Below are positions 50,215 through 61,136 of a DNA stretch of 64,000 nucleotides, in pieces (position 1 is the stretch's first letter; each line of letters begins with the position of its first letter). The stretch is from positions 63,728-127,727 of the forward strand of contig JBLWGC010000115.1 of assembly GCA_048772705.1 (NCBI GenBank), given 5' to 3'. This stretch comes from Leidyana gryllorum EB-2025a. Its lineage: Eukaryota > Protista > Apicomplexa. The translations under genes were made by a program, and so were the position numbers. The notes under the pieces were generated by a model, which worked only from the letters and a program-made list of their open reading frames with translations, was not told where the DNA came from and made no database searches.

Positions 50215-51870
50215 ATGAGTTCACGGGTGGACTTGCTGCTGCGAGAGAGGCAACGTAACTGGCTGGGAGGCTTCTTGGGGTCCACCCTACGCTTGGACTT
50301 GAGTGACAGAATTGCGATTGTGGGAGCCTTGTGGGACCTCAAAGATAGAACCACGCAATGGACAAATTCTAGTATCAAGGGATTCTGCGAGCTTGTGCAG
50401 AGTGACGACGACTACAAGCCTCCCTCTGAGATCAGCAGCTTGCTAGACTGGGTGGTGGAGTGGCTTGCTGGTGACTGTTGGCAACCCGTTGAAGAATGGG
50501 TCACTCCAACGGAAAATGCGAGACCGGTCAGAGGAGTCACATCTGCGAGATTGATAGGAGAAGTGTGCAGGGCTGCCAAAACCTTGGAAGGTCAGCTCGA
50601 TCTCTATCCTATTTTCATGGGAGCAGCCTGGCGCGGCATAGTCAAGTCTTTCCTCAAGGAACCCGCCTCGCCAAGACGGGATGGCCCAGCAGATGCGATC
50701 TACCAGACCTGTATGAAAGAGTTTGGAACTACACCCTCCAAAGCCTTTGGCCGCCTAACCTTCCTGCAGAGAGTGGGACTGGCAGCTCTCATCCCACAAA
50801 AGGACGACGCACTTAGTCTGGCACAGTATTGCATCGCTGAGGTTTTGGGAAAATGGTCCTATGATTTCCCTCTATGGTTAGAAGCGGTAAGTGACTCATT
50901 CACTCTCTGCCCGGGTATCAGAAATCATCACAGATTTGGCAACCTGAGGGAGCCGAGAGAGTCCGTCAACTGGTCGCATCGGGAACAAACAAATACAATT
51001 CGAAGGTACCAGACGGGCTCAATGATCCTTTGCCTCATATGGTGGACTTGGCCACCCAAGAGGCTATAGAGGGGTCTCGTGAGAGACATAAGCACGGCGC
51101 TGCACTATATTTAGACCGGGAAAAGCTGCGTACTCGACTTTCAGAGAGGAGAGCCGAAGTGTTAGAACTGCTCAAAGCCGACAAAGACACTGCTGTGGAG
51201 CCCGGGGATGAGAGAACCTCCGCATTGGCCAAGGAGCTCAACACCAAACTCGAGGATTTGGACGCAGCCCTCAGTGCTCTGAACGGCTTGCGGATCCCTG
51301 ACCTCCTGGTTTCAGTGGGATGTAACACACAAGCCTTGACCAAGGCGTGGAAGAGCCTCAACGAAGCCCCTAAGGACGGAACCATCAAAGACCAACAGCG
51401 ATGGAAGATCCTGCACGCAGAGATGGTGTGTCTCTGCAAGGTGAGTGCCCACCCTTTTGGTCCGTGACACATGAGTCGCTCCTGAAACGCAGGCTGTTGC
51501 CGACGAAAGAGTTCGAGACTTCTTGCTGGCACCCACTGCAGCCACAGACCTGGCGGAATTTGGAGGGAAGCTTAAGTTTGACCACGGTGTTCCACCAGGT
51601 TTGGATGGCTTGCTGGAGTGTTTGAAGGCTGTGGGAGAGGGAATGTTTGGTAGCCTAGTAATGCTGGTAGTTGAGCTTCGGGACGACGGGGTTGCGTATG
51701 ACAACAGTCAAGCCTGTCCATTATGCGTCAAAGGCCTAAAGCGGTGGGGTGTGGGTCAGCAAATATACACTGTAGCTGGCCCTCAACTTTGGCAGCGAGA
51801 GAAAGTAGTCTGGGATCCTGAACTCAGAGCAGAAAGTCTGAGAGGCTCATTGTTCTATTACCTCAAATAG
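50215..51870 (+). CDS. Protein with a C-terminal zinc-dependent cytidine-deaminase-like domain (introns ~50887-50933 and 51441-51492)
   Basis: RHKHGAALY, ILHAEMVCL and ACPLCVKGLKRWGV (HxE...CxxC). Unknown ~250-aa N-terminal region. Confidence 0.65.
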
Positions 51871-51879
51871 TATTTTTGT

Positions 51880-54800
51880 ATGTCGTCAACCGATCCTGCC
51901 TCCCGCCACTGGGAAAGGTTTCTCAAGGCTGCTACACACAGAGAAGAGGCGGCTGCGTCTACTGAACCTGACTCACAACAGGCGGTGACTCAACCCGAAA
52001 ACGCGCTGACTACGAGCTATGAAGTTCGGGTTTACTTCAGAGTGGCTATAAATACCGGCTTTGGGCAGAAGGTCTCTGTTGTTGGAGGATGGCCGAAACT
52101 GGGCGACTGGGATCCCGCCAAAGCTCTGCCATTGACCACTACCGACGAAGTATTCCCCGTGTGGTTTAGCCGCGAACCTGTTTATTTACCGTTGAAACAA
52201 CCCATATATTACCAGTATGTGGTCGTCAGTGACCAAACAGGAGAGGTCATAGCATGGGACACACATGGGCAAAGCCGCAAGATCCGACCAACAGGATATG
52301 AAATGACTATCGAAGATGATGAAGGTTTGTATCGTGCATTGACACGTGGGGGCGGCGGGGGCCACGCTAACGCGCACCTGAGGTCACCGCTCTTTCGAAT
52401 GCGCGATCAGCAGGTGGCAGCGCTAATACAGCCTTCTCCAAGACCACCCTCCGCCCCTTGGTCCTCGTCTGACGCTTTCGACAGTCGGATCTCAGAGACA
52501 CCAAAAGCCGCTCGCCGCTCCAGGACTGGCACAAGTCTCGCTACTTTCCTGGTGAGTCTTAGTGAATGCTACTGATGGAAATGGTGTGCGTTTGCCGCTC
52601 CGTGTTTTTAATGCGCTCCGGTCTGCGAGACAGGCTGATGCGTCAAGCTAATCACGCACAGTGAGTCGATTCTGGAAGCTCAGACTGACCTAGGAGTCCG
52701 ATGCTGGCTGCGTTGAATGTGATATATATTTATGGCTGCCCGTTTGGTCGAATGCTGCAATAGCACCTCCATTGAGCTGCTCACTTCAGTCCTCGCAGAA
52801 CAATGGTGAGAATCCGCACACCAGCGACAATGTGGAGGGAAGGCCCGAAGTTGCCTCACCTCGTGTTGGTACCCCAGCATTGCAACCTATCAACTCTAGC
52901 GGAGTGGCGGGCCCCCGGCCAATCACTTCCTCCTCTGGGAGCATCCTCAACCCTCGACCGAGTACCGACGCTCTCAGAAATTTGGACGATGTCAAAATGG
53001 TCTCCGTCGACGCTGCCACATCACCCACTGTGGATGCTCTGGAGGCGATAAAGAAGCTGCGAGAGACCGAAGTGGAAGCTTCTTTCAATCGGGACGACAC
53101 CATCATTGTCGTCAGTTTCGAGCTTCCAGTACGGGTAGAGCGGATAAGATCATCGGTCGAAGAGTGTGAAGATGATGGAGCTTCGACCCGCCGCAGCTCG
53201 CACCGAAGTAGTCTCCGTGTGGTACCCTCAAACGTAAGTGTTAATCTTGTGGTGGTTGGGAGCATTTCGCCTTGTCATCTACAGTCACTCTTGCTTCCCG
53301 GTTTGCATCGGATTCGGGACGCGTTCAAGTGCCAAGTCAAGTTTGTGGGCTACTCCGGGATCACGACTCGCGACGACTATGAACAGGAGGAGATTCGAGC
53401 TTTACTCGAGGAACACGACTGTTATCCTGTATTCCCATCGGCGGATGACTTGGATTCTTACCTCTCTTTCTGTAACCATCATCTCAGTCCCCTTTTCCAC
53501 AGTGTCATTGATCTCGACAATCGGTAGGGCGGTAATTATTCTCCTGATTTACTCTCGGCTGGCAGACAAGAACCCTTCAGTCCAGAAGCGTGGACGACCT
53601 ATCAATCGATCAACAAACTGTGGGTTTCTGAGGCTGTCGTTCATTACAACACAGATGCGGATGTCTTCTGGGTCCACGATTACCATTTAATGTTGGTGCC
53701 TCAAGTAAGCTCACTACTCCCCGGTCGGCAGAAATGATGTCCCCCAGTATATAGCCAGAAAATACAAGAGAGCTAATATCGGCTTCTTCTTACATGTGCC
53801 GTTCCCAAGCTCAGAACTCTTCCGTTGCTTACCGGTCCGTGGAGAGGTGAGTGACTGTGTTCGAGTTGACCGACATCTGTCTGCTCCCTGCCAGATTTTG
53901 CGAGGGTTACTCTGTGCGGACCTGGTGGGTTTCCATTTCTTCGAGTACGCTCGACACTTTTTTGTCGCGAACAAGCGCCTTCTGGGTCTGGATCATAAAT
54001 TCCGCCTCGGCGGTTTCCTGGGAATCGAGTATGGCGGTCGGAACGTAATGATAAAGATCAGCCATGTTAACGTGGAGTATAACGAGCTGCAACAGAGACT
54101 GGAGAGTCGTAACGACATCCAAGAAGTGGCTCGCAAACTGAGGCAGACATATGATGGCAGATATATAGTCGGCGCAATAGACCGCTGTGACCAATTGGCT
54201 GGACTTATGCTCAAGCTCCAAGGATTTCATAACTTCCTGAACAATTTCCCATATGCAAGAGGGAAGATTGTTTTGATTCAATATGCATATCCAACCCGTC
54301 AGCCGTTGAGGGATGCCATGCGGATAAGCAATGACCTCACCATGTTGGCGAACAAGATTAATTCGGAGTTTGGACCGGAACCGCATGTTATTTTACGACT
54401 GCAAACAGTCTCTCCGGAGGAGAAGTATGGAATTCTTCTAGCGGCAGATTGTCTCATGGACACATCGATTCGGGATGGTTTGAATTTGGTGAGATTCACA
54501 GTGGCATTCGAGAATCTCTGAAACGTTCTCCTCTCCCCCTCCCCCAATCAGTTGGCTTTCGAGTACATTGGCTGTCGCAAGAATCGTCCCTCTCATCTGA
54601 TACTGTCAGAGTTTACCGGATGTTCACGGACCATTGTGAGCGCCACTCGTATAAATCCTTGGCAGTTGGAGGATATTGCAAACGCTTTGGATCGTGCTAT
54701 GAGTACCCCGGCCGAGGCCCTCAAGGAGCGTTGGGCTCGCGATCATCTGTATCTGTCGCAGCACAGCCTTCGGCAGTGGGCCGGCGACTTCCTGGCTGAC

Positions 54801-56238
54801 TTACAGCGATCAAAGAAGAACGCATCGGCTGTCTATATGCAGTGTGGGTTTGCCTCGACCTTCCGAGTTTTGACAATGGGCGAAAACTTCCAACCATTGG
54901 ATTATAGCCGTGTCGTTCGAGCCTACAGGAACGCCACTAGACGTATGCTTTTCTTCGATCATGAAGGAACGCTCGCTCCGGACCGTCGACACTTGACTGT
55001 GATTCCTGGCCAGGAAGCTCTTTCGGCAGTGGGTACCCCTCCATCGCAGGCCGTCAAGAGCGCTTTGGAAACCCTCGCCCGCGACAGCAACAACACCGTT
55101 GTTATCTTTAGTGGACGAGATCGGAAATGTCTGGAAGGCTGGTTTGGAGGTAAGTGAGCGACACCGAGACGTTATTAAACTCCTTGCGCTCTCTGCCCAG
55201 ATGTGCCTGATATTGGACTGTGCGCCGAGCATGGCTTTTATGCCAAGATACCAGCGGTCACAGGCAATCAGTGGCATTGCATGTCCGAGAACGTGGATCT
55301 GAAATGGAAGAACATCGCTTTGGAACTCATGCTTCAATACACTAGACGAACTCAGGGAGCTTTCATTGAGAACAAGGTGAGCAGTTATTGTCCAGTTCGG
55401 CCGGTTGCTCCACCGACGGCTACTCTAATTAATTGTGTGCCATTCAAACAGGGATCGGCGTTAGTTTTTCAATATCGTGATGCGGACCCGGATTTCGGGA
55501 GCTGGCAAGCTAAAGAACTGGCTTCATATCTCGAGTGAGTCTGACCCGCTGCTCCGTTTCATTCACCCCTTTGCCATCAGAGAGTTCCTCTTTGGTCAGC
55601 CAGTGACAGTAACGACGGGCAAAGGATATGTAGAAGCCAAACTGCGAGGAGTCAACAAAGGCGCGGCGGTTGAGCATGTCCTAGAGAGTTTGACAACTGT
55701 ATTCGGAGAACCCCAGTTCATCTTATGTGTGGGGGATGACCGCTCTGATGAAGATATGTTTGTTGCCATCGGAGAGTTAATCAGACGAAACCAGGAGCAG
55801 ACTAAAGCAGACAAGCCGCGTGCCTCAAGCAGAATGGCCACTGATCTGGTGAATGAAGGTCAGGTCTTCACCGTCACGGTTGGCAAGAAGCCCTCTGCCG
55901 CACGATACTTCGTGAATGATCCCGAAGAAGTGTCAGATCTCCTCAATTCACTCAGAAGTCAGACTCATCAGGTAAAAGAGATAGAATCTGCTGCTACACT
56001 CAACTCTCAGATGGAGGGCATTGTGGATGCCGCTGCAATCGTGGGTGGTCTGCTGCGAGTCTCGGGTAGTCGAGACGACTTTGACACTACGGGCTCAGCC
56101 GAAGGCGTAGGGGTGGAGCATCTTTGGCCAGGCGCAGAATCACTATTGGGGTTAGAGCCCACTCTGGGAGCCGTGGCCGCTCATCATCACAATCAAGTAG
56201 AGCAAGAGGAGTTGCTAGAACATCTCTGCGTCGACTAA
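51880..56238 (+). CDS. CBM20-trehalose-6-phosphate synthase/phosphatase fusion; multi-exon
   Basis: CBM20: TGFGQKVSVVGGWPKLGDWDPAKALPL. GT20: FWVHDYHLMLVP, GFFLHVPFPSSELFRCLP, GLLCADLVGFH, SIRDGLNL, LSEFTG. HAD phosphatase: FFDHEGTL, AEHGF, RGVNKG, CVGDDRSDEDMF. Confidence 0.93.
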
Positions 56239-59200
56239 GCCAAATGAAAGCCTGTGGCTTCATAGATTGCATTGCCCAATTTTTCTCTCAAAAGATCTTC
56301 ATTTTTATAGTCGGGAAGCTTCAGCAGATTGGTGCAGGTGGATGCCGTTGGCAAGTCGTTATGATCACCCCGAGGAATAATGGAGAATTTTGGATTGAGT
56401 GTACCGAAACCCTGCACGGGGAGGAGCAGAACACACAGAGAATAAGGAACCAGCTGCACCAGGCCTCGCTCTCACCTGCAGTGGTGGTCTGTCGTTAGCC
56501 ATAACGAACTCCAGAAAACGAGACTGGAAATCGGGAGTCGCCTCTTCCATGACTTTCCAGAACATTGAGATGGTCTCCGAGCCATCTGAGTATCCGCCAG
56601 CGTAAACTGTATTCCCTCGCAGATCCTCCACGCTGAAACCCTCTTTGTCAGCGCCACTGATGAGTTCGCAGACGCCCTGGGCGTCGAAGAGGCGCAGCCA
56701 GTTGATGTCGATCACTCTGGTCAACCCTCTCCGGAAGTGCTGGACGGCTTGGTCAAAGACAGTATTCGTCAGGTAGTGCGACAGGAGCAGAACGTATTGG
56801 TGACGATTCTCACTGGAACAGTGGCATGAAGGAGTGGTCAAAACTGCTGGTGAACCTTACGTCGTCACAGGTCGCGCCGAACCATTCGGAACTAAATCCA
56901 CATTGCCAGTCAACCCTCCCATTTCGCCCGACAGAGTGACAGAAAAGGTCAAACCCAACTCGGAGACATCACCCTTCACATTTGTGTCGAATGGAGGAAC
57001 GAGAAGGGGGTCACTTACCTCATAGTGCTTCACGAACTGGATATTTCGGTACAACTCTGGGTCGACCACTCTCAGGTCATCGCTGGTGTTCACTTCCCCG
57101 ATCACTCTATTCAAGAATAGGGAGCTGAAACGGGCTGCGCCGAGTAAAACGGACTCATATATGCCCTTCCCAACAACCACTCCCGCCAGCTCGAACATTG
57201 TGGCAGCGTCGAACTGACACATATGTTCCTGACGGTCGCCCACTTGACCCTGATCTCGCATGCTCCAAGCCGTGGGAGACGGCACCAATGAATCGCAGTT
57301 GGCCAAGAGGAACAAACCAGCGTTGGGGTCAAATACTTCGCGGGCCAAATGCACCTACACCCAGTTCTATCAACTCGAGGAGGCAGATCGATCTCACCAG
57401 ATATTCATTGAATAGACCTCCACCATCGATTCCAGCTTCAACGGCGCCGCCCTCCTCGACAAATCTACGCAGCACACAATGAATCAATCGAATGTCGGAT
57501 GACTGACTTACTGTACGCGGAACGGTTGCTTCAAATTTGGCCGTTTCAGCAGCAGCAAACTGTCCTCCAATATCCGGTCTCGTCTGATGACAACCAGTGG
57601 GGCTTGAGATATGTTGAATGAATGTTGCGGGCGTCCGTGATTGGAGCGATCCTCGGCAATGAGATTGTGGAACAAAGACACCCGGCCGCGAAAGTCAATG
57701 GTTTGGGGTACTTCGCTCACCACCGTGACGATGAGAGGGAGCAAGGCACCACGATGCACTGCAGGCATACGAGTGATGCTCGATGAGCTGTCTTGATCTA
57801 TATTGAGTCTACCGACTGTGGTTCTCAGTGTAGCTTCTGGACACTCCCACATCTCGAGCCCAAACTTCATCCTCCTGCAGCGTCTGTACAGACTGCGGGT
57901 GAAATGCGCCAGATCATATATTATGTATCCGGGATTCCAGGCTCTTCCGAAAACACTCTCGTGTTTCATATGGAGCACTCGAAGACACATTCCGGACTGA
58001 GCAGTCCATCGGCTCAGCACGATGATGAGACTCAGGGCCAATCTATTGAAGAAATTGCAAAAGAGTTTGTACTGCTCTTTGCTCATTGGGAATAACTGTT
58101 TGGGGTTCCCTCTCCAGACGGTCAGCGGATCACATCGCGACAGACATGCGGATGCCGAAGGGTCCGCATCCTCTGTCACCATTGAGAGGTCATCCAGTAG
58201 AATAGATCTACGCGTTAGAATGGCCACCAGTGCTCTGCATTCCAAGATTTCTTTGGCGGTCTCCGGATCGAAACTTACTTTATCAGCAGTCCGACTTCAT
58301 CAGTGAAACCCGGAGGCGGTCCGCACCGACTGACGAAAGTGTCAAGTCGACCCTCACATTCATTGAAGAAAATCTCCCCCACTCGTTGATAAACATGAAG
58401 AAGAATGTCGGTTGAAATAACAATTTTGTCGAAAGACGGCAGATCAATGGGAGCGGTGTACCCATAGATCGACTTTCCTTCTGCCACCGTCTGAGCTCCG
58501 TCGGTCAGATACTCGTCCGCATCTTCTTCGTCCTCATCCTCTTCCTCCATCTCATCCATAGACCCGTCCAAAAGTATCTGCCACAACACTCGTTCATTAT
58601 ACACCGAGTATTCGGGTATGTGTAACCGCGCTAGCGAACGAAAGTGTTTGTTGATACGAGTCAGGGAGAAGAGAACGGAGAGACGACTCATAATATTGAC
58701 GTTCACATTGCCCCCAAACGAGAAAAGGTACTGAAGAACGTCACTTCGGATGGCGTCTTCCAGCTCTCGGTGAGCTCCTACATTCAGGCCACTCATTCCG
58801 TAGCTCAGCAGCTCCAATAGCAGCAGTCGCCTGCTCTCGTCATCTTCGTTCGTCGACGACGCGAATCTGGCAGCCTGCATTGTCCTTCGGGCCTCCGCTC
58901 TCGCTGCACCCAATGCGAGCAGAGCAATGTTCATACGAGTCGATAGTGGGACTTGTTGCGGAGGGTTTAAGCGTTTAAGAGCCTCCGCCATCTCAAGATC
59001 TATCAAACCGGACAGCCGCAGTGTTACGGCTCGCGCCCGCTCATCCGAAACCGGCGGCTGCCCCCAATCGGCCATGACCTGACAGATGAGCTTTGCTCTG
59101 TCGTCATCTCGCATCTCATTTATATCCGTCCACAACGAATGGCTTAGCGGTAGACGGAGCAGACAGTTGGAGACGGCAGGTCGGAGGACTGGCGACTTGA

Positions 59201-60028
59201 TAGCTCGCCGGACACTGAGAGAGACAAAGGATGGACGCTTCTCAAACAGCTTCTCGATATGAGTCCGCACCGCCTGCAGACTCTCGGTGTCGAGGTGGTC
59301 ACATGTGCAGTGCTCAATAGGGACTCCAGCGCGACTCGCCGTAAGCTTAGCCGCAATGGTGCAATCAGCCAACAAGAGGAAATCCTCAATCACGTCAGGA
59401 TTAGGCAGCGACCATACGCTCGGACCAAATGAGAGTACAATTTCTGCGACGACGCAAGCCCACATTGGCGGCAGCGCATTGTCTTTGCGACACGTTCGCC
59501 AGCCTGTGACCTCTTTGGATTGGATTGTGTACTTCATAAATCTCTCCGAGAACACTCCACCCTTTCGCCCGAGCAGCAGGACCATTAATTCTTTGGAAGA
59601 GGGGCGGAGAACAACGTTCTTTTGTTGCATCTGCTCGGCGCGATCTTGAGTCGATAGGTGGTGTCTCCGCCAAGTGGCACATAGCGGGAGGCGGGCTAAG
59701 GCCAGCAACGACAATATCTTCCTTGAGGAGTCCTTATCGCTGATTGCCGTCCTGACCAGTTCATCGCTCAACTTTGATGTGCGAGGAAGAGAGTTTAGAG
59801 GAGAGGAGAAGGGTGTTCGATACTTACGCTCAGTTGCACGACGTGACGTCTCCATAGGGCTTGTATTCTGAGGATGGCTATACTGCGTCGAATGGCCTCC
59901 TGCCTGCTGAGAGCTGAATCATTGTATTCACGTTGAAAGTCTGCCAGTGTCTTCAGGGCTCCTGCATTTCCCATACGGACGGGTTTCCTCTTCTGAGCAG
60001 TCTCATCCCCATCAAAGACGTATTCCAT
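56235..60028 (-). CDS. HECT E3 ubiquitin ligase with N-terminal IQ motif (UBE3B/C, Hul5-like); multi-exon
   Basis: IQALWRRH, VPQTIDFRGRV, IRRDRILED, EAGIDGGGLF, VDPELYRN, LPTASTCTNLLKLPDY..GFHLA. Confidence 0.92.
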
Positions 60029-60088
60029 CTTGATGCTTTTTTGGGACGGATCCTACATTGCTAAGGTCAGGCAGGCAGGCAGGCTATG

Positions 60089-60490
60089 TCAATCTTTGGA
60101 CGATGTTTCCTTCCCAGGGTCTACGCTTTCCGTCAGAGCAGCCGCCCACTCCTTCTCTTTGAATCCGACCAGGATTTTCCCGTCCGGAGCAATGAGCAAC
60201 GGTCTTTTCACCATTTTTCCGTCCATGGCCAGCAGCCCGACCACTTCGTCGGGGGCCATTGAGGGCAGCTTGTCCTTCACCTTCTTCTGTCTATAGAGGA
60301 CCCCATTCACATTGAAGAATGCCTTGAGTGGCAGTTTGCTCTTGGTGTGCCACTTTCGGAGCTCGAGCGCGTTCGGCTTATTCTGCACAATGTCCCTCGC
60401 CTCGTACGCAATACCGTGTTTGTCCAGCCAGGCTTTGGCCAGCCGGCAGGTACTGCAACGTGGGTAGTGGAGAAAAGTATACATTGGCAT
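60089..60490 (-). CDS. ArsC/Spx-family (YffB/YusI-like) thioredoxin-fold protein, bacterial type, intronless
   Basis: YPRCSTCRLAKAWL (CxxC), RDIVQNKP..EL, FFNVNGVLYR, LLAMDGKMVKRPLL, VGFKEKEW. Confidence 0.9.
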   Translation of the reverse strand: MPMYTFLHYPRCSTCRLAKAWLDKHGIAYEARDIVQNKPNALELRKWHTKSKLPLKAFFNVNGVLYRQKKVKDKLPSMAPDEVVGLLAMDGKMVKRPLLIAPDGKILVGFKEKEWAAALTESVDPGKETSSKD

Positions 60491-61136
60491 GGTGTAAGGA
60501 AAGTGTCGCTCAAAAAGTAAGTAGGTTTGCTGGACAAAAGCAAAGGACGACTGGAGGAGTGTGGAGGAGTCTTGGGGATGAGAGCGAGGGCTACCACGCC
60601 CCCAGATATGGGCTGGCTGTCATGGGGACTCGCTAAGACCCCCTCTCGCTGTCTGTCCTGATGGATTGGGAAAGGTGATACTGAGCTCGTCTTCGCCCGA
60701 TGCCTCCCCCCTGTCGCCCCCGCTGGAAATCATTTATTGATCGACCAAGAGCCACCGCTCGCCCTTCTCTGGTAGAATAGCCGTTTCCAAAGTCACCTAT
60801 AATTTCATAGTCCACCATCTGTATACAAAGCATATTCGTTCTACCAGCACCACCAGTTGTGCCACAGACGTGTCCAATCTATTTAGTATGGCGGCAGCTT
60901 TTCTCTGATTCGGGCAACTCGGTTACAAATACTCGTCGTCGTCGTCGTTAAGGATACACCTGGAACGCCACTTGGGCGGTGAGTAGTGGTCAGCCAGGCA
61001 CACGTCCTGTGCATGGTCGCCTAGCCGATCACTCCAATATAGACAGATCCCTTGTAGGAAACCTCAGATATACATAAAATAAGCGCGCCAGCGGCCGACC
61101 TTTCCATAAAGTCATAAGGGCGTGGTCTCGTGACGA

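Noticed and set aside
60933-60948. (TCG)n microsatellite upstream of the ArsC-like gene
   Set aside because: Short simple repeat with no further support for function.
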